From Mantamonas sphyraenae STR306 (taxonomy: Eukaryota > Protista > CRuMs): a stretch of 64,000 nt of DNA. A program made the translations under genes and the position numbers. The notes beneath the pieces were generated by a model. It was given only the letters and a program-made list of their open reading frames with translations. It had not been told where the DNA came from and did not search any database. The stretch spans positions 186,001-250,000 of the forward strand of contig JAPMXV010000044.1 of NCBI GenBank assembly GCA_026936335.1, read 5' to 3'. This document shows, in pieces, positions 1 through 12,936 of the stretch. The first letter of the stretch is position 1. Every line of letters starts with the position of its first letter.

Positions 1-2
1 GC

Positions 3-1022
3 TCCACGTGGCCCAGCAGTGGCGCGCACACGTCTCACTGGACTGGTGACAACACCGCCAACTGGGACTACCTGTACTACAACATCCCGGGTGTGTTGCA
101 GTTCAACATGTTTGGCATCCCGCAGACCGGCTCCGACATCTGTGGCTTCCTGGGTGACACCACGGAGGAGTTGTGCACACGATGGATGGCCATGGGCTCC
201 TTCATGCCCTTTATGCGCAACCACAACACCAAGGGTGCCGCGCCGCAGGAACCGTTCCGCTGGCCCCAGGTGGCCCAGGTGTCCACCAAGTACATTGGCA
301 TCCGATACCGCTTGCTGGCGTACTACTACACGCTGCTGCACACGGCGTCCCAGACGGGCAGCACCATGGCACGCCCGCTCTTCTTTGAGTGGCCTGCCGA
401 CACAACCACCCTGGGCATCGACAAGCAGTTCCTGCTGGGCAGCAGCCTGATGGTAGCACCCGTCATCACCCAGGGCGCCACCAGTGTCTCCGTCTACTTC
501 CCCAAGGCCAACTGGTACGAGCTGGAGAGCGGTCGCCTGGTGGTCAGCGCAGAGAATGCCACCCAGACCATCACCGTCAGCGCTCCCATCGATTTTGTGC
601 CGGCCTACATCCGCGGCGGATCCATTCTGCCCATGCTCACCGACGGTATGACCGTGCACGACACCATGCAGAACCCCATGGGCATGCTCGTGGCCCCCGA
701 TGACGAGGGAGACGCACAGGGCTCGCTGTACCTGGACGACGGCGAGTCGCTGTCGCCCACCACTGTCCTGCAGAGTCAGTTTACGCTGTCCATGCAGGGT
801 GGCCAGGGCACCATTGCCTGGACCACCACCACCGCCTCGCTGCAGACCCCCAAGCTGATGAACATCGAGCTGCTGAGCACCGTGCATGTCACCAGCGCCT
901 CGCTCAATGGCGCCGCCATTGCCTCGTCCGACATTGTGTTCAACGGTGCCGCCACGGTGTTCTCCAACCTCAACGCACAGTACCAGCAGAGCGGCAAGCT
1001 GACCTTCAGCTACGCGCAGTGA
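3..1022 (+). CDS. GH31 alpha-glucosidase, C-terminal part (5' end outside window)
   Basis: Frame is open from position 3. Motifs HWTGDN, GSDICGF, RWMAMGSFMPFMRNHN and QFLLGSSLMVAPV are typical of GH31. Confidence 0.93.
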   Translation, partial: STWPSSGAHTSHWTGDNTANWDYLYYNIPGVLQFNMFGIPQTGSDICGFLGDTTEELCTRWMAMGSFMPFMRNHNTKGAAPQEPFRWPQVAQVSTKYIGIRYRLLAYYYTLLHTASQTGSTMARPLFFEWPADTTTLGIDKQFLLGSSLMVAPVITQGATSVSVYFPKANWYELESGRLVVSAENATQTITVSAPIDFVPAYIRGGSILPMLTDGMTVHDTMQNPMGMLVAPDDEGDAQGSLYLDDGESLSPTTVLQSQFTLSMQGGQGTIAWTTTTASLQTPKLMNIELLSTVHVTSASLNGAAIASSDIVFNGAATVFSNLNAQYQQSGKLTFSYAQ

Positions 1023-1068
1023 TCTTGGACCAATGAATGTGAACAATGAACCCCATTGATTGCGTTTT

Positions 1069-2221
1069 TTACTCCTTCTTCATGCCGTCCTTGTAGTTGG
1101 ACTGGAGGTGGCGGTAGTAGAGGGCAGGGAGGCCAATGGGCACAAAGGCGAGGGCTGCAAAGGTGAGCCATTCGCGCACGTGCGGGGTGGTGTTGCGGTC
1201 GAGGTCGCGGGCGGTGAGGATGTACATCTGGCCAAGGTTGTTGGAGAAGCCCAGCTGCTTGTTGCCGGCGTTGTCAGAGTACTCCATGGCGGCCGGGACC
1301 GAGTTGTAGATCGCCTTCTTCTTGGGCACCACCACAATGGCCTGCGACACATTGGCTCCACTGTGGCAAGGCGGCGCAGGGGTCAGCCATGGCACGTGAC
1401 GGCAGACAAGCGGCAGGGAACGCGTCAAAGGCAGGGCAAAAGAGAATGGGCGCGCTCAGGTTTGAAGAGATGTCGACACGCGGCCTGTGTCATTGCCGCC
1501 CGCTAAGGCAGCCACACAGGCCGCTGCATTCCGACTTAGCATAGAATATCAATGGGTAATCATCATTGACGCGCAAGCGCTGCATAGGTGGGACGGCTAC
1601 ACACAGGCAAGCCGCGCACAGCGGGCGAGAGGGTTGTTGGCGGCGAAAACTCACGGGGCAATGCGCGACCACTTGACCTTCTTCAGGCCGATGATGGGCT
1701 CAAACAGGTCCGGTTCCTCAAACCACGAGTCGTCCAGGACCGAGACGTCATGGGCGGTGCTGTGGACACATGCGTCGGGCACACATACAGTCGGTGTGAG
1801 GCGGGGCGAAGCCGTGTCAGCGGGCGCGAGGTGAAGCGCGAGAGCGGCGAAATGCAACGCCACGTTGGCAACCGCACGCTGGCACAGAGAGGCAGGTGCA
1901 CAGCAAGTGAGACGCACACAAAGTGTCGCATACGCCCGAGATGCGGGTTCACTGTGTGTGCTGTGGCGTTGTGCAGCTGAAACATGTGCGTGGTGTGGCG
2001 GAGGGGTGCCCTGTGCCCTGGTGTGCGTGAACGTACCTCTTGCCCACGTTGAACACAGACAGGCGAATCGTCAGCTCCTTGCCCACGACAGGGCGGTCCT
2101 GCATGATTTCCTTCCTCAACACGAGGTAGGGTCCGTCAACATTGGCCGCAGACGGCGACGCAGCAGCCAGAGCCAACTGCAGAAGCGAAGCGAGCACGAG
2201 AACCGTGACGAAAGTGCGCAT
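1069..2221 (-). CDS. SSR2: Translocon-associated protein beta, 3 exons
   Basis: Signal peptide then 'LTIRLSVFNVG' (exon 1), 'AHDVSVLDDSW..KWSRIAP' (exon 2, ~1654-1750), and 'GANVSQAIVVVP..RDLDR..PHVREWLTF' plus a TM helix (exon 3). Matches the TRAP-beta layout. Confidence 0.85.
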
Positions 2222-2605
2222 CGGGGAGTTGTGTTGCCCACACACTCGCATCTCCACAATTGACACTTCAAACGCCCTCGTACCGCGTTGCTGTCCGTGG
2301 CGTGTCCTCTCTGCTGACCTTGCACACACATGTGTGGCCGGACGCCGACTGCCTCAACGCAAAAAGCGCTGTACGCCGCCCGAGCCCACGTGTTTTCCCA
2401 TTTCCCTGTGGCCGCCCTACACACACATCCGCTGAGTGGCACGCTTCTTTGCATACTGACTCTCCTTCTTGTCTGCCATCTGCCTTGCATTCCTGTCCTG
2501 CGGCCCGTGGTTTTGCCGATCCCTCCGGCCCTCTTCCCTGGCTGCCCGCGTGCCACCCCATCGGCGGTTTCGGCCTTTGCCTGCCCGTCACCCTGCACAG
2601 CTACC

Positions 2606-4274
2606 ATGCTCAACGGATTCTTCATTATCACCAACAAGGGCGAGTCGCTGATTGTGCGCTCCTTCCGAGGCGACAAAATGTGAGTCGATTCCACCGAGCG
2701 ATTTCCAGCCGCTCAGCACCTTGCCCCGCTTCATCCTGCGGCGCCAGAGAACACGCCCCACCACCGCCTCTGCATCACACAGCACTAGCGTGACCACCCC
2801 AACGTCCCTCCTGTGTGACGTGTCTGCTCTCCCTCTCCATGTATCCGATCGCCCCGGCTGCCTCGGGTTGGAGGGGCGGCTCGGGTGTTTTCCCTCCGGC
2901 CGCTGCAGCCGCCACAAGTCCACGCACACACACATGGCGCCCACTAACACGCATGCGTCGCACAGGCCGGCTCTGGTGACAGCGTACCGCAACAGCGTTC
3001 TGGGCACCGATGCTCGCATCGCCCTGCGCGACAAGGAAAAGAGTCAAGAGGCACGCAACGAAACGCCGCTGCGGATGCTGGGCAGCACCTCGTTCTTTCA
3101 CATCAAGAAGAATGACCTGAACTTTGTGGCTGTGGCGCGAGAGAACGTCAACGCAGCCGCGTCGTTCGAATACCTGTGGAAGTTTGTGGCCATCCTGCAG
3201 AGCTACTTTGGCGCCGAGTTTACAGACGCGACCATCCGCAACAACTTTGTGCTCATCTACGAGCTGCTCGACGAGACCCTGGACTACGGCTACCCGCAGG
3301 TGTGTGAACCCGACCTGCTCAAGCTGTACATCACGCAGCAGGGTGTGGGAGCAGATGGCAAGAAGATCGACCCCAAGCAGGTGGAGCAGGACCAGAGCAA
3401 AATCACCATCCAGGCCACCGGCGTGGCCACCTGGCGCCCAACAGGCATCAAGTACAAGAACAACCAACTGTTTATCGACGTCATCGAAAGTGTCAACGTC
3501 AACGTCAGCGCAAAGGGGGTCACCCTGCACGCAGACGTGGTCGGCCAGATCATGATCCGCTGCCAGCTGTCGGGCATGCCCGACTGCAAGTTGGGTCTCA
3601 ACGACAAGATGGTGATGGACCGTGACAAGACGTCCTACCGTGCCGGTGGCGCAGGCAGCAGCTCAGGCACGCAGCGCCGCAACCAGGGCATCGAGATCGA
3701 CGACTTTACCTTCCACCAGTGCGTCAAGCTGGGCAAGTTTGACAGCGACCGTACCATCTCCTTCATCCCGCCCGATGGCGACTTTGAGCTCATGCGCTAC
3801 CGCTCCACCCAGAACATCAACCAGCCCTTCCGCGTGCTGGCCACCGTCAAGGAGTTTGGCCGCTCTCGCGTCGAGGTGTCACTCAACGTCAAGAGCATGT
3901 TCTCTGGCAAGCTGGCTGCCAACAATGTGGTCATCAAGTGCCCCGTGCCTGCCCACACCGCCGCCGCAGACATCACCGTCGGAGTCGGCAAGGCCTACTA
4001 CGAACCCCAGGATAACACCATCACATGGAACATTGCACGCTTTGTCGGTGACTTTGAGGTCACCCTGTCTGCGTCCGTCACCTTGTCTGCCCTGATCAAC
4101 GAAAAGAAGGGACACTGGGCCAGGCCTCCCATCGACATGTCCTTTCAGGTGCCCATGTTCACCGCCTCCAACCTCCACGTCCGCTTCCTCAAGATTTTCG
4201 CCAAGGAGGCCTACACCACCACCAAATGGGTCCGCTACGTGACCAAGGCTGGCTCGTACCTCTACCGAATCTAA
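2606..4274 (+). CDS. AP2M1: AP-2 adaptor complex mu subunit; intron ~2680-2965
   Basis: MLNGFFIITNKGESLIVRSFR, NNFVLIYELLDE, FIPPDGDFELMRY, FQVPMFTAS, KWVRYVTKAGSY. GTGAGT donor at 2680. Confidence 0.9.
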
Positions 4275-4381
4275 GCAAACCCTTTCCTTTCGTCAAACTT
4301 GTCGCTCCATTGAATTGAACACACGGGCCGTCCCCATGCACAACACACCGTCTTCCACCATTTCCACATCCACTAGGAATT

Positions 4382-5240
4382 CTACAGCAGCGCCATGAAT
4401 CCAGAGTAGGCGCTGTCGAGCTCAAAGGCGAGCTGTCGCATCTGCTCCGCATCCAGCGTGTCCGACGCCTTCATGTTGCCGAGCAGCTTGAGCCAGTTGA
4501 GCAGTTTCTGCTTGCCCTCAAACTGGTTGAGAAAGGGCACCTTGTTCATGTCCTCCACGAGCGAGTTTAGCAGCGGGTGCAGCTCGTCTGTGGCCACCAT
4601 GTCCAATTGCAGCGCGTCCAGCGCCGTGATAAAGTGCTGTGTGATGGCTGCGCACAGCTGTGTGTAGTTCTTTGTCTTGTCGTCCCTGCCCGGATCCCCA
4701 TGCTCCACATTGGCTGGCACCCCGCTTCGAAGGCGTGTTTCCGCCGCCTTGCACTCCAGGCCATATGTGTGCATAAACGTGCTCAAATCCATGCTCAGGT
4801 TGCTCATGGCTGCCTTGTACTGTGACAGCAGCTTGCTGCACTGAGCCTGATACCTGTGTGCGTGTGTGCGGGACAGTGGGAAAAACCCGGAGGTGGCGAA
4901 TGAGCGTAAGCGTTTGTGCACACACACCCCCCCCTTCAACATTCCCGGCCCACACGCCTATCCTCCACTCTTCCTGCACACATACTCGTCTGGCTCGATT
5001 GTGTCTTGGATGTACGCCTTTTCCAGGTAGTCCAGCGTCTTGATCACAGAGTACACCGACGCTTTGAGGTCGTTTTCGTTTCGTTCCTGGCTGCTTTCAC
5101 TCAGCTTCAGCTCCTACGACGTGCAGACCAGCGCGCGTGTGTGTGTGTGTGTGTGTGTCAGCGGATGCGTGAATGCGTGCAGGCGTGCCACCTCTCGCTC
5201 ATCTCTCTACCTTGGCAGGCGAGCCTGAAACGGTGGTCAT
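4382..5240 (-). CDS. VPS28: ESCRT-I subunit VPS28, 3 exons
   Basis: YSVIKTLDYLEKAY, QCSKLLSQYK, FITALDALQL..DELHPLL, QMRQLAFELDSAY. Confidence 0.9.
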
Positions 5241-5292
5241 GGCAGGAAGGGAAAGAAGCGTTTTGTTTTGCTTGTCTAGCGTCCGTGCACAG

Positions 5293-6509
5293 TTACTCCT
5301 TCTTGTTCTCCGACTCGGAAATGATCTGCTTGGCCAGGGTAAACTCGGCCACGAGCTCGTCCTCGGTGGTCTTGAGCTCGTCGGGGAACTTGCTGATGTC
5401 CAGGTCCTGCACGATGGTGTACTTACCGTCGGCACAGGTGACCGGGAAGGAGAACATAATGTCCTTGGTGATGCCGTAGGAGCCGTCGGAGACGACAGCC
5501 ATCGACGTGTACTCGCCCTCGGCCGTTCCAAACAGCCAGTCCTTCATGTGGTCCAGGATGGCGTTGGCAGCCGAGGCTGCACTGCTCAGTTGGCGTGCCT
5601 TGATGACGGCTGCACCACGCGTCTGCACCGTGCCCACAAACGTCTCGTTGATCCATGCCTCATCGCCAGCCTCCTGCAGCTGCTCCAGCACCGACTTGCC
5701 GTTGGCTGTGGCGTGGTACAGGTCCGGGAACTGGGTGCTCGAGTGGTTGCCCCAGATGACGACGTTGGACACGTTGGACACGTTGGTGCCCAGCTTCTTG
5801 GCCACCTGGAAGCGTGCTCGGTTCTGGTCCAGACGAGTCAGAGCCGAAAAGTTCTCAGCCGGAATGTCCGGAGCAAACGTGCGAGCCACTGCACAGTTTG
5901 TGTTGGCCGGGTTGCCCACGACCAGCACCTTGACGTCCTTCTTGGCGAACTGGTTCATGGCCTCGCCCTGCTCCTTGAAGATACCCACGTTGCGTGCAAG
6001 GAGATCTTTCCTCTCCATGCCGTCACGTCGCGGGAACGCACCGACCATGATGACATAGTCCACGTCCGTGAACGCTGCTTCCACATCGCTTGTTGCCACC
6101 ACGTCTGCGCCCGTCGACAGCCCGTGCGCGTGTGTCTGTGTCAGCGTCTGCTGTGGTTTATCTTGCGCCACAAAAGAGGGCCGGAACGTTGCCGGAAAAC
6201 AAAACGACCCCGTTGCCGTGCGCAGCCTTCTCCCGCACGCCCTGTAGGCCTGGGCAACTGTGCAGGGCACTGTACAACCTCCCACCCCACATTTGCACAC
6301 TCACCTTCCACAATGGGGCTGGCCAGATCCTCGATCTCCATCACCACGCCTGCAACGCGCTCCTCCATCATGGGGATGTCCAGCAGATGCAGGATTACCG
6401 GCTGCTCAGCGCCCAGCAGGTCACCCTGGGCAATGCGAAAGATAAGAGAGTACGCAATCTGTCCTGCTGCTCCGGTGATGCACACGCGCGGGGTGTTTGT
6501 GGAACTCAT
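5293..6509 (-). CDS. MDH1: Cytosolic malate dehydrogenase, 2 exons
   Basis: [57 protein letters not shown]. Confidence 0.95.
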
Positions 6510-6531
6510 TTGTTGGGTTTCGGTGGTGCTG

Positions 6532-7953
6532 TCAGCGCAGCTCCTCGCCTTCTTCCGCCTCCCTTTCGCCACCCGTCTCCTCTGTCCTCCTCCGCTTGGA
6601 TTCCGCCCCATTCTGTGCTTTGCTGGCTGCCTGCGAGTGCTTGCCCGTGGTGCTCGCTGCGGCTGTGGAGTTGGATGACGACGACGATGACGACGAAGCT
6701 TGCTCCGTCTCCATCTGGTCGCCTTCACCGTCCGCACGGCCATCTTTGTTGCTGCTGCCGCCGATGGTTCCAGCGTCTCCTTCGTTGCTACCGTTGTCAG
6801 ACACCCACTTGGCCTTCATGGCGTTCTTGGCTGCGCGGCGGCTCTTCTTCCGTGCCAGGCTTTCGTCCAGGGCCTGCACGTTGTGGATGTGCAGACAGTC
6901 TGCGTCGCGGATGATGTACAAACCCTGCCACTCCACCATCATGGCCACCGTGTCCGAGTGCGGCGCACGGTCAACAGCCATGATTTTGCCCGGCGTGCGA
7001 AGTCCTTCAAACAGTTCGTTGCTTTCGCCCTTGCTGTCCGTGCACACGCCCGCACACAGTTCCGAGTCTGTGCCACACACATATGCCAGCATACTGGGCG
7101 ACTGCTTGGATGAACAGAGCACGTGGTGCACGTCATACTTGATGGCGTTGCGCCACGTTGCATGCTTCGCCAGCTTTCGGTGCTCAAATACACTCACACT
7201 CTTGTCGGCTCCTCCCACGTAAAGATAGCCATCCTTGCTGGCCACGGCATACAGGGGCTGGTCCGACGCCAGCAACTCCACCACACAGCCCGCACGTTCC
7301 GACGCACGTGGATCGAACAGCGACAAATGCGTGTTGTGGATCACAGCCAGGAGGCTGCTGCTGTTGCTGGCCACCCCGTCCACATACGTCACACCGCGCG
7401 GGGCGTTGGGCAGCCCGATGCGTCGCACCTCGTCCTCGCCGTCGTACACGCTCACTGTGCGGTACGCACTTCGCGCCAGTGCACACTCCTCCTGCTCCAT
7501 GGGGTTGAATGCCACGTCACACCACCCACGACCCACTCGCCACTCGTCCTCGGGCTTCACACTGTACAGCGGCTTCAGCTCCACCTCGCATGCGTCCAGT
7601 TTGTTCACCAAGCTCAACTGCGCTCGTCCCTGCTCGTCCACACACCCGACACGCCACTGCCCGGCCTCTAATTCCACACTGCGCACATTGGCAATTGGTG
7701 CCTCTGCCACAAACTCCTCCAGGCACACTTCGTCAAAGGGTGCCTTGATTGCTGCCAGCAGTTCGTCGCCCTGTCCTTCTTCCACTTCAGCCTCTGCGGC
7801 TACGTACACCGCATACACCCGCGATGAAGTGCCCACAAGCACTGTTTCTTCATCCAACATAGCCAGGCGGTTGTGTGCACCCACCCCAAGGTTTTCCGCC
7901 TCCCCATCCAGATCAACAGGGCAGCGAAAGAACGTGGGCAACTCAGCTGACAT
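6532..7953 (-). CDS. WD40/beta-propeller protein with low-complexity C-terminal tail
   Basis: 473 aa ORF with WD-like strands ([25 protein letters not shown]). Confidence 0.6.
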   Translation of the reverse strand: MSAELPTFFRCPVDLDGEAENLGVGAHNRLAMLDEETVLVGTSSRVYAVYVAAEAEVEEGQGDELLAAIKAPFDEVCLEEFVAEAPIANVRSVELEAGQWRVGCVDEQGRAQLSLVNKLDACEVELKPLYSVKPEDEWRVGRGWCDVAFNPMEQEECALARSAYRTVSVYDGEDEVRRIGLPNAPRGVTYVDGVASNSSSLLAVIHNTHLSLFDPRASERAGCVVELLASDQPLYAVASKDGYLYVGGADKSVSVFEHRKLAKHATWRNAIKYDVHHVLCSSKQSPSMLAYVCGTDSELCAGVCTDSKGESNELFEGLRTPGKIMAVDRAPHSDTVAMMVEWQGLYIIRDADCLHIHNVQALDESLARKKSRRAAKNAMKAKWVSDNGSNEGDAGTIGGSSNKDGRADGEGDQMETEQASSSSSSSSNSTAAASTTGKHSQAASKAQNGAESKRRRTEETGGEREAEEGEELR

Positions 7954-8068
7954 CCCCTTTTCGTTTCGGAGTTTTTTGTTGTTTGGTTGTGGCTGCAGGT
8001 GTGTGAATCACCTCACTCACTCACTCTCACACTTCACTGCAGGCAGGGAGGGCTGCGTTCTCAACGCC

Positions 8069-9536
8069 TCAGCGACGGCGCTTGCCCTTGCCCTTCTTCC
8101 CGCTGCTCTGCGGCGTGGTCTTGGCTCGCTTTGGCGTGGTCTGCTTCGGCTTGGATGCAAAGTACTTGCGCTTGGTGCCCACCGAAGGCTCCTCCTCCTC
8201 CTCGTCGTCGTCGTCGCTATCTTCCTCCTCCTCGTCATCATCAAGCTCCTCGATGCGAGACGAATCGGCAAAGTGCACTTCCTCGCTGCTGCTGCTGCTG
8301 CTGCTGTCGTCATCCTCCACATCCTCGTCCTCGTCGCTGTCCTCCTCGTCTTCCTCCTCCTGGTAGGCCACGGCACGGTTGCGGCGCGTGTTTGCCAGGG
8401 TCTCCGGGTCCAGCACGGCATCAAAGTCGTCGTCGTCTCCCTCGTCTTCGTAGTCGCCGTCAAAGAGGAATTCGTCGTCGTTGACCTCATCTTCACGGAT
8501 GCCTGTCAGGTGCACCAGGTTGCTGCCCTTGGCGTAGAAAACAATGCCCATGTGCTCCAGGAACGCGTCGCCGTCCAAGTACTCCTGCACCATCTCCTCG
8601 TCCATGTTGTCCATGTCCGGCATCGGATTCTCCAGCATGTGGTTCAGCGAGTGGTTTTCGTGCAGACCGGGCGTAAGCGAGCACAGCGCATAGTGCGAGT
8701 CGCCAATGATCACGTACACAGTCGTGCGTCCTTCCTCAAACGACGCCAGGGTCGCCTGCATTGTGATCCGCCCCCTCGTGTGTCAGTCGATTGCACGTCT
8801 ACCATCCCACCCCCTGCTATCTCGTCATCAACTCCGCCACTCTCTCCTGGCGTCCTCTGCCGACGCCGACAACATGCGGACGAAAAGTCCGTCCGCTTCG
8901 CTCACACTGCATGCCGCCAAAACTCACGTTGGTGACCATCGTGCGGCTTCCGGGCGGAAGCATCACTGCCTCTGGCTGCTCCGGGATCAGCTCCAACCCT
9001 GACGTATCCCCACCAGTGTCAGCATTTCGCCTACCGTCCCATGCACTGCAGTGTGTTCGAGCTCTCGAGAAAAAATTCCTGAGCACCCCACCACCACACA
9101 CCACACACAGTGCACCCAACTCACCAAACACGCCGGCCTCGCCTTGCATGGCATACTGTTCGTTCAGATCGCGCAGTTCGCCATCTTCTTCTTCGTCGTC
9201 TTCTTCGTCATCATCGTCTTCCTCGTCGTCCTCGTCGTCGTCCTCGTCGTCCTCGTCGTCCTCTTCGTCCTCCGGTGCGTCCTCATCGTCCAGGATGTCG
9301 CTGAGGTCCCGCGCCTGCCTGATGACGTCACGCTCAAATGCCTCGGCGTCCCACTCCTCCTCCTCATCCTCCTCTTCCGAGCTGATGTCCTCCTCCTCGT
9401 CCGCCAGCAGTTCGGCTTGCTTTGCCTCCAGCTCGGCCTCCAGCTCGGCTTGACGGCGAGCTTCCTCCTCCTCCTTCTGCTGCTGCTTCTCCTGCTGCTT
9501 GCCCTTGTTCTTCTTGAAACGGCGAGGCTTTCCCAT
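8069..9536 (-). CDS. Nucleoplasmin-like (NPL) domain acidic histone-chaperone-type protein, spliced
   Basis: Spliced segments FG-LELIP.., ATL..RTTVYV..LCSL..IVFYAKGSNLVHLTG resemble the NPL fold of FKBP39/HD2 proteins. Long D/E tracts and a basic tail. Confidence 0.7.
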
Positions 9537-9673
9537 GGTCTTACAGGCTGTTCTTTGCGGTGCCGCAACCATCGCAAACGCACACGGCACCCTTCCCTTC
9601 CCTTCCCTCTCCTCTCCTCTCCTCCTCTCCTCCTCCACAAACCCATCCATCGTCACATTATCCAGCTGCATCC

Positions 9674-10840
9674 ATGTCGTCCAGGCCACCCATGCAGCAC
9701 TCCGACTCGTTTGTGCTCGGCAACGACACCCTCGCGCTCGATGCAGACCGCTTCGCCACAAGCAGCATCCCGACGTCGCGGCGCACCAACCCATCCAAAA
9801 GCATGGGCGGTGCTGGCTCAAACCTGTCGTCTCCCGCAGAGAAGGACAAACCTGTGGCGTACAACGAGCTTCCGCTCGGCTACGTGCACCTCCACCACCT
9901 CCCGTTCCTCTACTGGCTCCACTTTAAGCCTTCCTTCTTCCAATCACACCTGCCCGATCCCGAGCAGCTCCTTGTTCTCTGCAAATGGATGAGCACCACC
10001 CTCACGTGGCTCCCTGTCCTCTGGCCTCCGCTGGGCCTGACCCTCGAGCTCACTCCGCTCGCCGCACGCTCTCCGCTTTCCATCACGGGCTACACCTACC
10101 TCTCTCTCATTATTGCCTTTATGTGGCTGCTTACGGGCCTGTTTGGCGACCAGCGCGTCCAGGGTGGCAAGCGCGACTCGCTGTCGGGCCTCATTCAGGT
10201 CATGACCTTCAGCGTCGGCCTAGCCTGCGGTCTTCCTGTCGGCCGCGTAGGCGACGCACCCAAGGTTGCTGCCTTTTCGGTTATGATTGCTCTCGCGCTC
10301 GGCTACGGCATGGGCTTCAGCAACGCCATTCTCGGCGCAGAACTCCTCGGAGGTTCCACCCCGGTCGTCCTCAATCTCGGTGTGGGCATTGGCCTAGGTA
10401 TCGGTGCTGCCGGCGCCTGGAGCTTGGCTGAAGCCACTCTTTATGGCCTCGGTGTCTCTTTCATCACCCAGCTCTCCTTTCTCATTGTCGGCAACCTGCG
10501 CATCAGCAAGGAGAACAAGGAAAGGTACAGCGAGCTCCTGCGCCTTGCTGGCAACGCCCTCTCCGTCTTTCTTGGCGCCCTCACCTTTCTCGGCATGTTT
10601 GTGTACTTGGGCGCGTACCAACTGGGCACTGAGCCCACCTTTCGGCTGACCTGGGGCATCGTTTGCTGTGCGTTTTCCTTCTTCATTCGCAACCGACTCA
10701 TCCACACCTTTCGCCACTCCATCAGCACTGGCATCCCACAAGCTACTTCCTACCTCGCTCTCTTTGTCCTCATACTTTCGCATGGCTTCCTCGCCTGGTA
10801 CTTCCTTGGCCGCGGACACATGCTGTTTCATCTCGGCTGA
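9674..10840 (+). CDS. Multi-pass membrane protein of unknown function
   Basis: Long ORF with about 9-10 hydrophobic Gly/Ala/Leu-rich segments. Confidence 0.65.
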   Translation: MSSRPPMQHSDSFVLGNDTLALDADRFATSSIPTSRRTNPSKSMGGAGSNLSSPAEKDKPVAYNELPLGYVHLHHLPFLYWLHFKPSFFQSHLPDPEQLLVLCKWMSTTLTWLPVLWPPLGLTLELTPLAARSPLSITGYTYLSLIIAFMWLLTGLFGDQRVQGGKRDSLSGLIQVMTFSVGLACGLPVGRVGDAPKVAAFSVMIALALGYGMGFSNAILGAELLGGSTPVVLNLGVGIGLGIGAAGAWSLAEATLYGLGVSFITQLSFLIVGNLRISKENKERYSELLRLAGNALSVFLGALTFLGMFVYLGAYQLGTEPTFRLTWGIVCCAFSFFIRNRLIHTFRHSISTGIPQATSYLALFVLILSHGFLAWYFLGRGHMLFHLG

Positions 10841-10884
10841 ATGACCAGTCCCCTGCAATGCACTGCACATGCACTGTTTTCCCC

Positions 10885-10950
10885 CTACTTTCCTTCATCC
10901 TCTTCCTTGATCGTTTCGATACTCGAAGCTCGGCGTGATGAGGCTCGTCG

Positions 10951-10981
<31 letters not shown>

Positions 10982-12888
10982 GTTCGGTTCTTCTTTCGCA
11001 CCGTCAGCTGCTGCACCTCCCCCGAGGCAGGTGTGGCTGCAGTCGAAGCGGCTGCTTCGGTCGCAGGCGCCTTTCGTTGTGTTGCACGGCGGTTGCTGCG
11101 CTTGCTTGTGGCCGAACTCGCGCTTGCTTCGCTGCCTGCTTCGCTCAGCGCCGACCCGGATCCACCCGGACGAGCATCAAAAACAGCTGCAGTCCCGGGC
11201 GCATCTGACGACGTGGAGGACTTGCGCTTGCGTCCAATCGATTCTGCTTCTGCGTCCTCGCTGCGCGACGGAGTCTTGAGTCCCGGCTGTGGCGCTGGTG
11301 GCTCCGAGTGCTCCTTCATCAGCTTCTCCAGGTAGGCGAGTCCTGTATAGACGCGAGGCCACGGCGTCTCTTTGCCCAGCCTGTCTTGCATCTGCTTGCG
11401 CTCGCGTGCCACATTGGTGCGGCTGCGCTTCACGTTTTCCCCCGTGAAACAGGCGGCCACCAGCGCGTACGCAACCTTGCGCTGCGAGTTGACGTAGCCC
11501 TTGCTCTTGTACTCTTCGTCGCTCACATCCTTACGCATTTCGATCTCGTAGCGTGCTTCGCTGATCAGAGCGATCCGCAGCGACATGGCCTTGATCTCCA
11601 GGCTCCAGTAGAAGGCGCTCTCGTTGCCTTCGGAACTGCGCTCCTCCTGTTTCTTCTCCTCCTCCGCCACCAATTCCTTGAGCTGCTGCGTCAACTCCTG
11701 CTCCTTCTGCTCCGCCAGCTGGATGCGTTCCTCCGCGCCGCGCTTCTCGTCAAGCAGCTGTGGATACATGGCATCCTCAAAGATTTGCTTCAGAGAGTAA
11801 GCGTTGGCCACCATGGGCGCTGGACGCAGGCCGTTCTTGGGCCTCGGCCCGTGGCGGTCGCCCTTGCCCTGTTTGACCTTCATCAGCTCGCGGAACTCTT
11901 TGCGTCGCTCCTCGAAGCGCCTGCGCGAAGGCTTGTCGTCGTTGCCAGCGTCATCCTGGTTCAACTTGCTGGCAAAGAACGCAGCTGCGTCGTCGCCACT
12001 CTCGTCAGAGGCATCGTCCTCATCCTGCACGTCCAGGTCGCCGTCGTCCAGGAACGAGTCTGCGTCTGACTCGTAGTAGCCCAGCAGATCGTCCGCGTGT
12101 GGGTTGTCCATGTATTTCTGCTCGATGTTTACAATGCTGTGGGTGAATGTGTTGGGTCCGTAGTCCACCTCTGCGTCCCTGCGGCGTGCTCGGCGCAGCT
12201 TCTTTTTCTTTTTGCGCTTCTTGCGTTTCAATTCCTCGTTGCGATCGCCCTTGCCGCCCTCTTGTCCTTCCACGTCCATACCGTCGTCCTTTGAGGCATC
12301 CCCACGTGCGTCGTCTGCCTCATCGTCTCCCAGTTGCGAGCTTTCGTCGTCCAGCGCAATCTCGTCCTCCTCGTCCTCTTCCTCCTCTTCGTCTTCGTCG
12401 TCGTCTTCGTCGTCGTCGTCGTCGTCGTCGTCATAGTCCTCGTCTTCTTCCTCATCTTCGTCCAAGTCGTCTGCAGAGACGTTTTCGTCCTCGTCAAACA
12501 AATCTTCGGCTTCGTCGTCCAAGTCTTCTTGGTCAGCCTGATCAGCCAGTTGCAACTCTGCGCGTTCCTTGCGGTTCGGTGCTGCGCTCTTGAACAGTTG
12601 CGGAAACCGATGCACCACCTGCTTCTGAAAGTGGACAACACACGAGTCTGCGTGTGTGTGTGTGTGTGATGGGGGGAGGGCGGCAGAGGTGAGTGGGTCG
12701 TCGCCAGGGAAAGTATGATCACGAGGTGAATTTGGAGCTCGAGCAACGCAGGGCAGGCCGGAAAACGACAACGGGCCAAGCAGACACACACACGTACTGG
12801 TGAGATCGACGTGGATGTGTGTGGAGCAGCCTTCGGCGTGCATGAGGGTGAGGTCGCCGTCCTTTGACTCGTGGATAACGGTGGTCAT
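10885..12888 (-). CDS. HPC2/ubinuclein-like HIRA-complex subunit (one probable intron ~12650-12796)
   Basis: 'IVNIEQKY..GYYESDADSFLDD' resembles the HRD/HUN motif. Acidic tract and basic NLS-like cluster. Confidence 0.6.
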
Positions 12889-12936
12889 GACAGCTTGTGT
12901 TTGGGTTGACTGCGACTGCGCGCCGGCACCCACACC

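Noticed and set aside
1069-1428. Stand-alone 119 aa membrane protein
   Set aside because: It is the last exon of TRAP-beta.
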